Part shown: in pieces, positions 51,637 through 62,300 of the stretch
Layout: each line of letters starts with the position of its first letter
Numbering within the stretch: position 1 is the stretch's first letter
Notes under the pieces: generated by a model
Databases searched by the model: none
The model's input: the letters and a program-made list of their open reading frames with translations, nothing else
What the model was told of the DNA's origin: nothing
Position numbers and translations under genes: made by a program
Source: Longimicrobiales bacterium
GTDB taxonomy: Bacteria; Gemmatimonadota; Gemmatimonadetes; Longimicrobiales; Gaopeijiaceae
Length of the DNA stretch: 64,000 bases
Assembly (NCBI GenBank): GCA_965116905.1
Contig: OZ220732.1
Coordinates: 4,032,001-4,096,000, forward strand
Reading direction: 5' to 3'

Positions 51637-53490
51637 CTAGCGCCCCTCCATCCACGCGGTCGACACCCCCTCGGGCGCGTTGTCCGCCACGTGCGCCGCC
51701 ATCTGGCGGACGAGATCGGCGTTGGTGAAGGGCGACCAGCCGTGGCCCTTCATGGGGGCGCCGTGGATGAACTCGCCGGCGTAGTAGGGATCGGTCGTGC
51801 TCTCCAGGAACTCCTCCATCAGGTAGACCGCGTACGGCAGGTAGAAGTGGTCCATCTCGGGGTTGTAGATCTTGATCTTGCCGACCAGATCCGGGCCGAT
51901 CCGCGACCAGTTCTCCTCGGCGTAGTGGCGCAGGTCGTAGCCGTTGTCGCGCATGTAGTACGCCACCTCGCGATCGATGATGCCGGTGTCCAGGTCCCAC
52001 AGCCGCTTCGGATAGCCGTCGTCATCGGTGGGTCCGTAGGCCGCATGCCAGGCGTCGAGCTGCCCGGCGCCGCGCCCCCGCGAGCCCTGCGCCACCTCCA
52101 GCTGGCTGATCTGGCGGTTGCTGCCCACCGGCTGTCCCTCGACCGTCCGCTGAAACATGCGCTCGGGAGCGCCAGGCACCGAACCCGGCACGATGAACGC
52201 GCTCTCGTCCTCGTAGATGTTCACCAGCTGGTAGCGCCGGAAGTCGATCGGATCGGGGTAGTAGGTCCACGTGCCGCCGTAGTACGTGGGGTAGTGGAGC
52301 ATCTTGGCGAGCGAGATCCAGCCGCCGGTCGAACCGCCGGTCATCACGCGCGCATACGGTTCGCCGATCAGCCGGAAGTTCTCCTCGATGTACGGGATCA
52401 GCTCTTCGTGGATGGCGTCGCCGTAGGGTCCGTTGTTGGCCGAGTTGAGGCCGTAGGAGTCGTCGAAGTAGGGCGTCGGATGCTGCAAGATGACCGCGAC
52501 CACGCGTGGGAAGTCCTCACCCATCCATGCCTGCGCGAATTCGTACCCCGACTCGCGCATTCCTCCCGCCTCGCGCCGCATCTGCGAGAAGAGCGCTTCG
52601 CCGGACGGCGGCTCGGTCGTGAACCCGAAGACGGGGTCCAGCTGGAAATGCCCCTCTTCGATCACGAGCGGGTAGCGCATGTCAGGGTTCTCGTCGAAGC
52701 CCCGTGGCAGCAGCACGACCGCGCCCAGGTACATGGGGTGGCCCCACCATTCGGACAGGATGTCGCTCTGGATCCTGACGCGCTTCACCCATTCCGTGTC
52801 GGGCGGCACCTCGATCGGCGGGAGCTCGCCGGTGAGTTCGAAGGTGATCACCTCGTCGCTGGCCGGATCGATCCGGACCCGGCGAGGCTCGCTGAAGTAG
52901 TTGCCCGGCGAGAAGGCCCAGCGCTGGCCCTCCCACTGGTCCTGCGGCGCCCAGATCGTGTGCCCGTCGGCACGGTTGTACTCGGTGTACACGTGAAGGA
53001 TCGCCTGCACCCAGTAGTCGCCGGCGGGGAGGCCGCCCAGTCGGCGGTACGGGTAGCCGTCGGCGCCCGCGTCGATGACCATGGCGTCGCCCGGGGCGGC
53101 CTGCTCGACATCGGCGGAGAAGAAGGGGACCTCGCCGTTGCGCTGGCGGGCCGAATTGTATCCGGCGATGCGCGGCTCGGGGTCGTTGGACGGCGCGAAG
53201 ACCGTGAACAGCCGGCCTGTCAGCGGGCCGTCGTGGAGCGCGGCGTCGTGCGTGACCTCGATACGGAGCTGGGCGGGCGCTGCGTCTCCCGAAGCCGGGT
53301 CGCCGGATGCGCCCCCGCCAGCCTGGGGCGCGGGCTGGCAGGCCGCGGCGGCCAAGGCGATGGCGGCCACGGCGGCGATGCGGGCGATGGGCCGGGCCGG
53401 GCGATCGGCGGGCGAGCGGGCGGGCATGTGGGCGGGCGTGCGAACGGGCGAGTGGGCGGGCGAGCGGGCGGGCAAGGACAGGGCGCGCAT
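51637..53490 (-). CDS. Putative esterase (alpha/beta hydrolase) lipoprotein
   Basis: LAAAAC lipobox, VLLPRGF...YP, NSANNGPYGDA, nucleophile motif GGSTGGW and GHGW; GGAGG RBS. Confidence 0.8.
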   Translation of the reverse strand: MRALSLPARSPAHSPVRTPAHMPARSPADRPARPIARIAAVAAIALAAAACQPAPQAGGGASGDPASGDAAPAQLRIEVTHDAALHDGPLTGRLFTVFAPSNDPEPRIAGYNSARQRNGEVPFFSADVEQAAPGDAMVIDAGADGYPYRRLGGLPAGDYWVQAILHVYTEYNRADGHTIWAPQDQWEGQRWAFSPGNYFSEPRRVRIDPASDEVITFELTGELPPIEVPPDTEWVKRVRIQSDILSEWWGHPMYLGAVVLLPRGFDENPDMRYPLVIEEGHFQLDPVFGFTTEPPSGEALFSQMRREAGGMRESGYEFAQAWMGEDFPRVVAVILQHPTPYFDDSYGLNSANNGPYGDAIHEELIPYIEENFRLIGEPYARVMTGGSTGGWISLAKMLHYPTYYGGTWTYYPDPIDFRRYQLVNIYEDESAFIVPGSVPGAPERMFQRTVEGQPVGSNRQISQLEVAQGSRGRGAGQLDAWHAAYGPTDDDGYPKRLWDLDTGIIDREVAYYMRDNGYDLRHYAEENWSRIGPDLVGKIKIYNPEMDHFYLPYAVYLMEEFLESTTDPYYAGEFIHGAPMKGHGWSPFTNADLVRQMAAHVADNAPEGVSTAWMEGR

Positions 53491-53589
53491 GGGTCCTCCG
53501 GGGCTGCGGTGAACCGTCAAGGTGCGGGGGTGGCGAACGCGGCGGCAAGGGCGAGCCGGCCCTCCAGCGGCGCGCGGCCTGCGCCCCGC

Positions 53590-55095
53590 CTACTTCGGCC
53601 GCGGTGTCATCTCCGGCATCCGGTCGAACCAGGGACGCGCGCGCTCGAGCTGTCCGGCAAGCCGCAGAAGCGTTGCCTCGTCGCCGGCGCGGGCCACGAA
53701 ATGCACGCCCACCGGCAGCCCCGTCCCGGTCCAGTGCAGGGGCACCGACATGGCCGGCTGGCCGCTGATGTTGAAGACGGGGGTCCAGGGCGTGTACTCG
53801 AACGCGCTGTCGGCGATGCGGTCCAGCAGCCGGCCCGCCTTGACCAGGTGCCCCGATCCGATTGCGCCCACCAGCCGCAGCTGGAGGTGCTCGAACCGAC
53901 TCGGCGGCAGGGCCCCGATCTTCGGCGGCGGCGTCGCGACGGTGGGCGTCAGCAGCACGTCGTAGTCGGTGAAGAACTGCGCGACGGCCTTGCCGCAGCG
54001 CTCGAGCGTGCGCAGCGAGACGGCCAGTTCCCTGCCCGAGACCGCCCCGGACACCAGGCCGAGCGCCCAGGTCAGCGGCTCGAGTTCCGTCCGGCGGGGC
54101 CGCCTGCCGAGGATCCGCGCGAGGTCCTCGAACTCGGCGCCGACCTCGCCCGCGACCATGACCATGAAGGCACGGGCGAAGGCCTTGCCATCGATGCGGG
54201 GCGTGGCTTCGGTGACGCGGTGGCCGAGTCCTTCCAGCAGCTCCGCCGCCTCGGCCACGGCCCGGGCGCAATCCGGATCGGGCAGGGTCGATCCCACGAG
54301 CGGCCCGGTCGTCCACGCGACCCGCAGGCGCCCGGGCTCGGCGTCCACCTCGTGCGCGTATGGTGCCGCCGGCGGCGCGATCCTGTACGGGGCGCCCGGT
54401 TCCGGGCCGTGGGTGGCGTCGAGCATCGCCGCGCTGTCGCGCACCGAGCGCGTGAGCACGTGCTCGGCCACCGATCCCCGCCACGACTCCGCGTCGCTCG
54501 GCCCCGGCGGGATTCGTCCCCTCGTCGGCTTCAGTCCGAAGAGGCCGCAGCACGATGCCGGCATGCGGATCGAGCCCGCACCGTCGCCGCCACCCGCCAT
54601 CGGCACGATCCCCGCAGCGACCGCCGCCGCCGAACCCCCGCTCGACCCGCCGGGCGTGCGATCCAGCGCCCAGGGGTTCCGGCAGGGCCCCCACAGCTCC
54701 GGCTCCGTGTACGGCAGGAGGCCGAATTCGGGCACGTTGGTCTTGCCCAGGATCGAGACCCCGGTCGCGCGCACGCGCCGCACCAGCTCCGTGTCTTCCT
54801 CGACGACGACATGCCTGGCCACCCGGCTCCCCCCGGACGTGGGGTGTCCGGCATAGCCGCTGAGCAGGTCTTTGGCAAAAAATGGCACGCCTGCGAATAC
54901 GGCGTTGCGGTCGATCCCGGCGGCGCGCTGGCGAGCCTCCGCGTCCATCCGGTACACGACTGCGTTGATCGCCGGATTGACCTCTTCGAGCCGCCGCATC
55001 GCGACCTCGATCAATTCCAGCGTCGTGACCTCGCCGGTGCGCACGAGCCTGGCCAGCGCCGTGGCATCGCAGCGCACGTATTCGTCGTGGGTCAT
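53590..55095 (-). CDS. Amidase (amidase-signature family)
   Basis: GVPFFAKD, GKTNVPE, GGSSGGS, GDGAGSIRMPA and FNISGQPAMSVP. Confidence 0.93.
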   Translation of the reverse strand: MTHDEYVRCDATALARLVRTGEVTTLELIEVAMRRLEEVNPAINAVVYRMDAEARQRAAGIDRNAVFAGVPFFAKDLLSGYAGHPTSGGSRVARHVVVEEDTELVRRVRATGVSILGKTNVPEFGLLPYTEPELWGPCRNPWALDRTPGGSSGGSAAAVAAGIVPMAGGGDGAGSIRMPASCCGLFGLKPTRGRIPPGPSDAESWRGSVAEHVLTRSVRDSAAMLDATHGPEPGAPYRIAPPAAPYAHEVDAEPGRLRVAWTTGPLVGSTLPDPDCARAVAEAAELLEGLGHRVTEATPRIDGKAFARAFMVMVAGEVGAEFEDLARILGRRPRRTELEPLTWALGLVSGAVSGRELAVSLRTLERCGKAVAQFFTDYDVLLTPTVATPPPKIGALPPSRFEHLQLRLVGAIGSGHLVKAGRLLDRIADSAFEYTPWTPVFNISGQPAMSVPLHWTGTGLPVGVHFVARAGDEATLLRLAGQLERARPWFDRMPEMTPRPK

Positions 55096-55136
55096 GCCCT
55101 GGCAGCTCCGCGTTGCTCTGGTACGACTCCCGCCTA

Positions 55137-55170
55137 CTACATTGGTGACACGTCTACATTGGTGACACGT
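55137..55170. repeat. Perfect 17-bp tandem direct repeat CTACATTGGTGACACGT x2
   Basis: Visible directly in the divergent intergenic region. Confidence 0.85.
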
Positions 55171-55213
55171 CGCCGAAGTTCGGAAGATGCTGACGGAATC
55201 ACCCGGAGTGCGC

Positions 55214-55780
55214 ATGTTCGCCAACGTTCAGGTGCCAACCGATGCCCTGCCCCACGCGGAGCAGGTCGACTGGCAGCCGCTGCATGCCCGGTTCGCGCGG
55301 CGCCTGCAAGCCGGCGTGCTCCTCCGCATCCTCGTGTTTGCGGGAGTAGGGGCGGGCCTGCACTACGGCGTCGCGACCGGGGGCCTGTCGGCGGTGATCA
55401 GGGCCGCCCCCTCGCTGCCGACGACCGCGTGGACGGTGTTCGGGGTGCTTTCTCTCTGGGCGCTGGCATGGCCCGCGATCGCGGTGCGCTACCGCGGCTA
55501 CGCCGTTCGCGACCGGGACTTGCTGTACAGGTCGGGCGTGCTTTGGCGTTCCGTGCGGGCCGTCCCCTTCAATCGCGTCCAGCACACCAGGACCGACAGC
55601 ACGCCCCTGGACAGGAGATTCGGCCTGGCGAACCTGTCCGTCTTCCCCGCCGGCGGCGGCGCTCACAAGATCCGCGGGCTCGGCGGAGAGACGGCGGAAC
55701 GGCTGCGCGCCTTCGTTTCGGCACGCATCGAGGCCGAGACCGCCAAGGCCACGGACTCCGGCGTTGGCGACCCGGCCTGA
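55214..55780 (+). CDS. YdbS-like bacterial PH-domain (bPH_2) membrane protein
   Basis: Two TM helices, then SGVLWR...VPFNRVQH...PLDRRFGLANL. Confidence 0.85.
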   Translation: MFANVQVPTDALPHAEQVDWQPLHARFARRLQAGVLLRILVFAGVGAGLHYGVATGGLSAVIRAAPSLPTTAWTVFGVLSLWALAWPAIAVRYRGYAVRDRDLLYRSGVLWRSVRAVPFNRVQHTRTDSTPLDRRFGLANLSVFPAGGGAHKIRGLGGETAERLRAFVSARIEAETAKATDSGVGDPA

Positions 55781-57395
55781 CTTCGGCGTCTGGCGGCGGA
55801 CCTCGCCGTTCGCGATCGCGTTCTTTCTCGGCGCCACGATCAAGACGATCGCCGGGAGCTACATCCAGCTCGTCGCCTCCTTCGGCGCCATCGCGTACTT
55901 CACGCGCTTCGATTTCCTGCCCAGTGGCTCCTTGCCGTGGGCGATCCTGCTGGCCGTCCTGGCCATAGGCGCCGCGGCGCTGCTCCGGTACTGGTTCTTC
56001 CGGTTCAGGCTCGAGGAAGACCGCATCCTCATCCGTCAGGGGTTCGTGAAGCGGACAGCGCTCGACCTGCCCTTCGACCGCGTACAGGGGATCAATGTCG
56101 AGCGTTCGCTGGTCGACCGAATCCTGGGCCTCGTCACCGTTCGCCTTGACACGGCGGGCACAGCCACCGCCGAGGGACGGCTTCCCGCCGTCAGCACCGG
56201 GCTGGCCGACTGGCTGCGGACCCGGGTGGACCGTGGGGAGCCCGGGGAGCGGGTCGGCGACGGCGAGGACGGCCGCGGGCGCGCGGAGGGCGAGCGGGAC
56301 GCCGGCGCCGAGAGCCCGTACGGAGCGCCAGAGAGCGCGCTGACTCCCGCCAGCGGCGAGATCCTCGTCGCACTCACCATCAGAGACATGCTTCGGATTG
56401 GCCTCGCCGACCGGAAGGCGCTGGTGCTGGCCGGTGCGCTCGCGGCGCTGGCACAGGCGGCCGAGCCCTTTGAGGATGCCGTCCTCGCCGTACTGGACGG
56501 GCTGCAGACCGCGGTCGCCGACCTCGGCACCTTCAGTCAGGCGACGGCTGTCATCCTCGTGGTGCTCGCCATCCTGCTGGCGCTGTTTCTCGCGGTCGTC
56601 ATCGGCGCGTTCCTTCGTCATCACGACTTCACGCTGTGGCGGCAGGGGACCGCGTTCCGCTCGCGCGGCGGTCTCCTCACCCAGAAGGAAGTCGTCGTCG
56701 AGGCGGCCAAGATCCAGCAGCTCAGGCTGTCCCGGAACCTGGTCCTGCGCTGGCTGGGCCGGTATCGGTTCGAAGCGCTCCCCGCCGGCGCGATACCGGT
56801 GCCCGGAAACGAGGGCCCCGGGAATCTCGAGATCGCGGAAAACCTGACCGTACCGCTGCTCGATGGTTCGGCCGCCGAGACGATGCGGCGTCAGGTGTTC
56901 GCGGCGGAGGCGACGGGACTCACGCTCCTCCCGGCCAGCCCGGGCTTCCGGCGCGTATCACCGTACTACATCCGGGCGCTCGTGCTTCGGTCCGTTGCCG
57001 TCCCGGTCCTGGGCGGCGCGGTGTTCGCCCTTGCGCAGTGGGGTCCGGCGGCGATCGCGAGCGCGCCCTTTGCCGCCTGGTGCCTCCTGTGGCTGGTGTT
57101 GTCGGGACTGATCGGGCTGCAGAGCTGGCGTCGACGCGGCTATCTCCACGACGACGAGGGAATGGCGAGCCGCAGAGGGCTGCTCGGCAGCAGCGTCGAT
57201 GCGTTCCTCTTCCGCAAGGTGCAGGGCGTGACGGTGAAGCGGTCTCCGCTGCAGCGCCGCAGGGGACTGGCGACGCTGGAAGTGCATCTGTCGTCGGGCG
57301 TCGTCACGGTTCCATATATCGCGCGGGACACCGCCACGGGGTTGCGGGACTACATCCTCTACAAGGTGGAGTCGACCCGCTTGCCCTGGCACTGA
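55764..57395 (+). CDS. YdbT-like multi-PH-domain membrane protein
   Basis: Three bPH_2-like units (LPFDRVQG, KIQQL, KVQGV..SPLQRRRGLATL) separated by TM pairs; overlaps the previous gene. Confidence 0.85.
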   Translation: MATRPDFGVWRRTSPFAIAFFLGATIKTIAGSYIQLVASFGAIAYFTRFDFLPSGSLPWAILLAVLAIGAAALLRYWFFRFRLEEDRILIRQGFVKRTALDLPFDRVQGINVERSLVDRILGLVTVRLDTAGTATAEGRLPAVSTGLADWLRTRVDRGEPGERVGDGEDGRGRAEGERDAGAESPYGAPESALTPASGEILVALTIRDMLRIGLADRKALVLAGALAALAQAAEPFEDAVLAVLDGLQTAVADLGTFSQATAVILVVLAILLALFLAVVIGAFLRHHDFTLWRQGTAFRSRGGLLTQKEVVVEAAKIQQLRLSRNLVLRWLGRYRFEALPAGAIPVPGNEGPGNLEIAENLTVPLLDGSAAETMRRQVFAAEATGLTLLPASPGFRRVSPYYIRALVLRSVAVPVLGGAVFALAQWGPAAIASAPFAAWCLLWLVLSGLIGLQSWRRRGYLHDDEGMASRRGLLGSSVDAFLFRKVQGVTVKRSPLQRRRGLATLEVHLSSGVVTVPYIARDTATGLRDYILYKVESTRLPWH

Positions 57396-57406
57396 AGGAG
57401 GAGCGG

Positions 57407-58342
57407 ATGAAGCCGCGGCGCACCGGACGCCTGCGACCGAGGGGCTACGACATCACCGTCGACCTCGGGCTCTTCGCGACCGCCCTGATATGGGGACTCA
57501 ACTTCCCCGTCGTGAAGGCGGCGCTGCGCGAAATTGGCCCGCTCGCCTTCAACGCGCTGCGATTCCCGTGTGCCGCACTGGCCGTCTGGGTTCTGCTGCG
57601 CGTACAGGGCCGCCGGCTCATGCCGGCCCGAAAGGACTGGCTGCCGGTCCTCGGGCTGGCGGTCTTCGGCCACGTCACCTTCCAGATCGGCTTCATCTAC
57701 GGACTGGCCTGGACACTGACCGGCAACGCGGCCCTGCTCCTCTCCACGAGTCCGGTGTGGGTCCTGCTCCTGGGCCTGGCGGTGGGAAGGGAACGGTTTA
57801 ACCCGCGCATCCTCGCCGGCGTCGTCGCCACATTGGCCGGCACGGTCGTCCTGATCACCGGAGGCGGCGGCGAGGTCGGTGGAGCGCGGTGGGGCGACCT
57901 GATGGTGCTTGGGGCCGCAGTTTCCTGGTCGGTCTACACCGTCTACGGCCGCCGGATGACCAAGCGGCGCGGCGTCCTCGAGATGACCGCGTGGACGCTG
58001 TGGGCCGCGATGCCCATCCTGGTGCTCATGGGCGTCCCCGAGCTGGTGCGCATGGATTGGGCGGCGGTCTCACTGGAAGCCTGGCTGGGGGTCGTGTACG
58101 CGGGAATCTTCGCGATCGCGGTCGGATACCTGCTCTGGTATCGGGGTGTGCGCGTGATTGGCCAGAGCCGCACCTCGGTGTACCAGAATCTGGTTCCCGT
58201 GATCGCCCTTGGGGCCGCCTGGTTGTGGCTGGGCGAGACACCGAACCCGCAGCAACTGATCGGCGCGGCCGTGATCCTGTCGGGGGTCGTGGTCGCCCGG
58301 AGGTCGGGGTCGGTCACCGCGTCCCGGTCGCGCCGGCGTTGA
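57407..58342 (+). CDS. DMT/EamA family transporter
   Basis: IWGLNFPVVK, FNALRF and GDLMVLGAAVSWSVYTV; ~10 TM segments; AAGGAGGAG RBS. Confidence 0.9.
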   Translation: MKPRRTGRLRPRGYDITVDLGLFATALIWGLNFPVVKAALREIGPLAFNALRFPCAALAVWVLLRVQGRRLMPARKDWLPVLGLAVFGHVTFQIGFIYGLAWTLTGNAALLLSTSPVWVLLLGLAVGRERFNPRILAGVVATLAGTVVLITGGGGEVGGARWGDLMVLGAAVSWSVYTVYGRRMTKRRGVLEMTAWTLWAAMPILVLMGVPELVRMDWAAVSLEAWLGVVYAGIFAIAVGYLLWYRGVRVIGQSRTSVYQNLVPVIALGAAWLWLGETPNPQQLIGAAVILSGVVVARRSGSVTASRSRRR

Positions 58343-58364
58343 CGGAGTATGCGCGAGAACCCGA

Positions 58365-58400
58365 GTTTTGTCCGATATTGTCGTATCTTGCGACAAAAAC
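58365..58400. promoter_or_regulatory. Operator-like inverted repeat upstream of the methyltransferase
   Basis: TTGTCG-N7-CGACAA (58378-58396) within a GTTTTGTC...GACAAAAAC frame. Confidence 0.35.
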
Positions 58401-58432
58401 GGCGATCCGTCTCCCCAAACCCTCCACGAGTC

Positions 58433-59272
58433 ATGATCGATATCAACGAAATCGGCGCGACCGCCTTCGTCATCGCGTCCATCCGGGCCCTCGAGCCCGA
58501 AAAGCCGCATCCCCTCTTCAACGATCCCTACGCCCAGTGGTTCTCGAACGACCGCGCCCGCGCGGCGGCGGAGCAACTGGACGCGGTCTTTCCGCCTTCC
58601 ACCAGCATGGTCCGGTTCCGCACGCGCTACTTCAACCGTTTCGTCGAGCAGGAGATCGCGGCGGGAGCCCGGCAGGTGGTCCTGCTCGGGGGCGGCTTCG
58701 ACATGCGCGCGCACATCTATGCCGACGCGGACGCCGACTTCTTCGAGGTCGATCAGAAGGCGGTCGTCGAATTCAAGCGCGTGATCCTGGGGCGCAACGG
58801 GATCGCGCAGCCGCCGTCGCTCCCGGCCAACTACCTGGAGGCCGATGTGTCGGGCGGCCTGGCCGACCTCGGCTTCGATCCCAACGCCTCCACGCTGATG
58901 GTCTGGGAGGGCAACACCATGTACCTGCCCCCCGAGAGCATCATGCCTTTCCTCAACCGACTCGCCGACACGATGACCTCGTTTCGCATCGCTTTCGACT
59001 ACTTCGCCGTCGACCTGCAGAGCCGCGACTTCGAAACCGACGAGGACAGAAAGCGGCTCGAGGGCGTCGAGAAGGCGATGGGCGCCTCGTTCCCCACCGG
59101 ATTCGCCGACCTGGCCGTCTTCGAGGAGCAGGCGCCGTTCAGGGTGGTCGACGACGGCTCCTTCGCCAGCCTGGCCAAGGAGTTCGGGCTGGGCGAGATG
59201 GTGGCCAACTACCCCGAGGACTGGCGGGAGACACTCAAGCTGTACCGGTACTGTGTCCTGGAACGGCGCTAA
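58433..59272 (+). CDS. SAM-dependent methyltransferase (LCM/TIGR00027-like)
   Basis: TAFVIASIRA.E, LFNDPYA, RTRYF, QVVLLGGGFDMR, FEVD and WEGNTMYL. Confidence 0.88.
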   Translation: MIDINEIGATAFVIASIRALEPEKPHPLFNDPYAQWFSNDRARAAAEQLDAVFPPSTSMVRFRTRYFNRFVEQEIAAGARQVVLLGGGFDMRAHIYADADADFFEVDQKAVVEFKRVILGRNGIAQPPSLPANYLEADVSGGLADLGFDPNASTLMVWEGNTMYLPPESIMPFLNRLADTMTSFRIAFDYFAVDLQSRDFETDEDRKRLEGVEKAMGASFPTGFADLAVFEEQAPFRVVDDGSFASLAKEFGLGEMVANYPEDWRETLKLYRYCVLERR

Positions 59273-59309
59273 TGTGCGTCACCAATGCGCGGCGCTAATG
59301 CGCGTCACC
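59264..59309. repeat. 20-bp direct repeat (period 26) duplicating the convergent stop-codon junction
   Basis: CGGCGCTAATGTGCGTCACC and CGGCGCTAATGCGCGTCACC (1 mismatch). Confidence 0.8.
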
Positions 59310-62300
59310 CTCCGTCCGCGATGATCACCATGCCGCGCGCCCTGAGCATTTCGTTCAGCGCGGCCACCTCGTCCGCGACCAGCGCGTCCAGCGCCTCCAG
59401 GTGCTCCCGCAGCTGCTCGTGCAGCAGCACCTTCACCTCCAGTTCCTGGTCGGTGGGCGGAAAGTCGGCCACCGAGATCGCGCCCGTCAGGTAGCCGAGC
59501 TTCTGCAGCAGCTTCGCCTCGAAGCGCACGCCGTCCTGGCCCTGACCCGTGAGACGCAGGTCGACCATGTTGCTCTGCAGGTCGACGAGCTGGTCGCGCA
59601 GCGTGGCCATCGCCTCGGTGAGCGCGTCGTCGTCGGCGAAGCGTGACATGGTCGCGAGCTGCACCCGGATCGCCTCGACCCGGTGGACCGCCTCGCCCGC
59701 CGCGACCACGTCGTCGCGGACCTCGCGGATGAAGGCGACCTGGGCCGCGATGTCGGCTTCGGTGCCTGCCGAGTGGGGGTCCTTGATGACCGTGAGGGGC
59801 TGCTCCTGGCTCTCGCCGGCCGCGTTGAGCCTCACCGTGTAGCGCCCGGGCGGGAGCAGAATCGAGATCTGCCGCGCCCCCGGTGCTCCCCGGCCCTCCT
59901 CGCCGACGGCGATGTGTTCCGCGTACATCGGGCTGGTCAATAGCCGGATGGGCCCGTTGGGCTCGTCCCGCAGGTCCCAGTGGATGCGGTTGACGCCGGC
60001 GTTGCTGGTGCCGGCCAGCGTTCGCACGACCTCGCCGGCCGCGTCGAGGATCTCGACCGTGGGTGCTTCGGCCGCGCCGCTAGCCGCCGCTTCGGCCGCA
60101 GTCTCCCCCAGCCAGTAGTTGATCGACGCGCCGTACTCGGGGTCCCTCCCCTCGGTGGGGTCGCTGTAGGGGACCGACGGCGGCGTGATGGCGCGGAAGC
60201 GGTAGGCGTCACGGGGCACGAAGAGGTGTGAGGACGAGGCCATCACCTCGGGCGTGAGCTGCTGGAGCGGCGTGAGGTCGTCCAGGATCCAGAAGCCCCG
60301 GCCGTATGTGCCCACGACCAGGTCGCCGAAGTGCTCCTGCACGACCAGTCCCGACACCGGCGCCGCGGGCAGGTTGTTCTGCAGCGGCTGCCAGTTGTCG
60401 CCGTCGTCGAACGACACGTAGAGCGCGTTTTCGGTTCCCACGTACAGCAGCCCCTGCCGCTTCGTGTCTTCGGCGATCACCTTCGTGTAGCTGAGCATGC
60501 TGGGCGGAATCCCGTTCGTGATCTTCTCGAACGAGGCGCCGTAGTCCCGGGTCCTGTAGACATAGGGATCGCGCACATTCACCTGGTGGCCGTCAATGGC
60601 CACGTAGGCCGTCCCGGCGTCGTAACGGGACACCGCGATCGACCGGACCGCCATCCACTCCGGCAAACCCGGCATGTTGCCCGTGACGTTCGTCCACGTG
60701 GCGCCGCCGTCCCGGGTGACCTGGAGCAGCCCGTCGTTGGTGCCCGCCCAGATCAGCCCCTCCTCGACCGGCGACTCGGCGATGCCGAAGACCGTGCCCG
60801 CGTACTCCACCCCGATGTTGTCACCCGTCAGGCCGCCCGAGAGCCCCATGCGGCTGCGGTCGTTCAGCGTCAGGTCCGGGCTGATCACCTCCCAGCTCTG
60901 CCCGCCGTTGCGGGTCCGGTGCACGTGCTGGCTCCCCACGTACACGGTGTTGTTGTCGTGCGGCGAGATGTGGATCGGCGCGTCCCAGATGAAGCGGTAG
61001 CGCACGCCCGACGCCGCGCCCCGGCTCTGCTCCGGCCACACCTCGACGGCGCGGTACTGGCGCCGGTCCTCCTCGTAGCGCACCACGATGCCCCCCACCA
61101 TCCCCGATCCCGAAGCCGAGGACCAGACAATGTTCGGATCGGTCGGATCCGGCGTGGCCCACCCGCTCTCGCCGCCGCCCACATGGTGCCACATGCCGCG
61201 CGGAATCCCCGTGATCCGGCGCTGGCCCTGGATGCGGCTGTTGCTGGGCCCCCGGTAGGTCGGCTCGTCCTGTTTGTTGCCGAGCACGTTGTACGGGATC
61301 GCGTTGTCCACCGTCACGTGGTACATCTGCGCATTGGTGAGCCGCTGGCGGAACCACGTCTTCCCCCGGTTGATCGAGATCGACAGCCCCTGGTCGTGCG
61401 CGACGATCATGCGGTTCGGGTTGGTGGGGTCGATCCACATGTCGTGGTGGTCCCCGCCGGGCGCCTGGGGCCGCGGCGTCACGTCCAGCGTCCGCCCGCC
61501 GTCGGTCGAGGTCGTGAACGAGGCGGTGAGGAAGTACGCCTCGTCCTCGTCGTTGGGCGAGATGACCACGCGCGAGTAGTAGTGCGGCCGGCCCATGGCG
61601 TTGCGGTTGCGGGTGATCAGCGCCCACGTGCGCCCTCCGTCCTCCGAGCGCCAGAGCTGACCGTCCTCGGTCTCGCGTCCCTCCCACGGAATCCCGTCGC
61701 CCGTTTCCAGCATGGCGTAGACCCTGTCCGGATTCGACGGCGCGACCGCCACCGCCACCTTCCCGACCGGCTTCTCGGGCAGCCCGATCCCGTTGTCCGG
61801 CCCGTTCAGCTTCGTCCAGGTGTCCCCGCCGTCCCGCGAGACGTGCAGGCCGCCGCCGGGCCCGCCGGAGGTCCGCCCCCACGTGTGAATCTCCAGCTGC
61901 CAGGTGCCCGCAAACAGCACACGCGGGTTGGACGGGTCCATGGCGATATCGGAACATCCGGTGTCCTCGTCGACGAACAGCACCCGCTCCCACGTCGCGC
62001 CGCCGTCGGTGGTGCGGAACACGCCGCGCTCCGGCTGAGGGCCATACGCATGCCCCAGCGCGCACATGAACACGATGTCGGGGTTGGTGGGATGAATCGC
62101 CATCCGCGGAATCCGCCCGGTCTGCTCCAGTCCCATCAGCCCCCAGGTGGCCCCGGCATCGGTCGACTTGTAGACGCCCTGCCCAAGCGACACATGGCTG
62201 CGAATCTTCCCCTCGCCGGTCCCGGCCCAGACAATGTTCGGATCGGCCTGCGCCACACCCAGCGACCCGATCGACTGCACCGGCTGGTCGTCGAAGATGG

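Noticed and set aside
51691..55968. 1425-aa plus-strand ORF and other long ORFs (4322-6892, 32680-35649, 37223-39250, 60331-62583)
   Set aside because: These are antisense or alternative-frame shadows of well-supported genes, expected in high-GC DNA, and they contain no motifs.
58433..59272. Methyltransferase as a RiPP tailoring enzyme
   Set aside because: It lies 34 kb from the cluster in an unrelated context.
55137..59309. CRISPR array from the short direct repeats
   Set aside because: Only two copies each, no unique spacers of regular length, and no cas genes.
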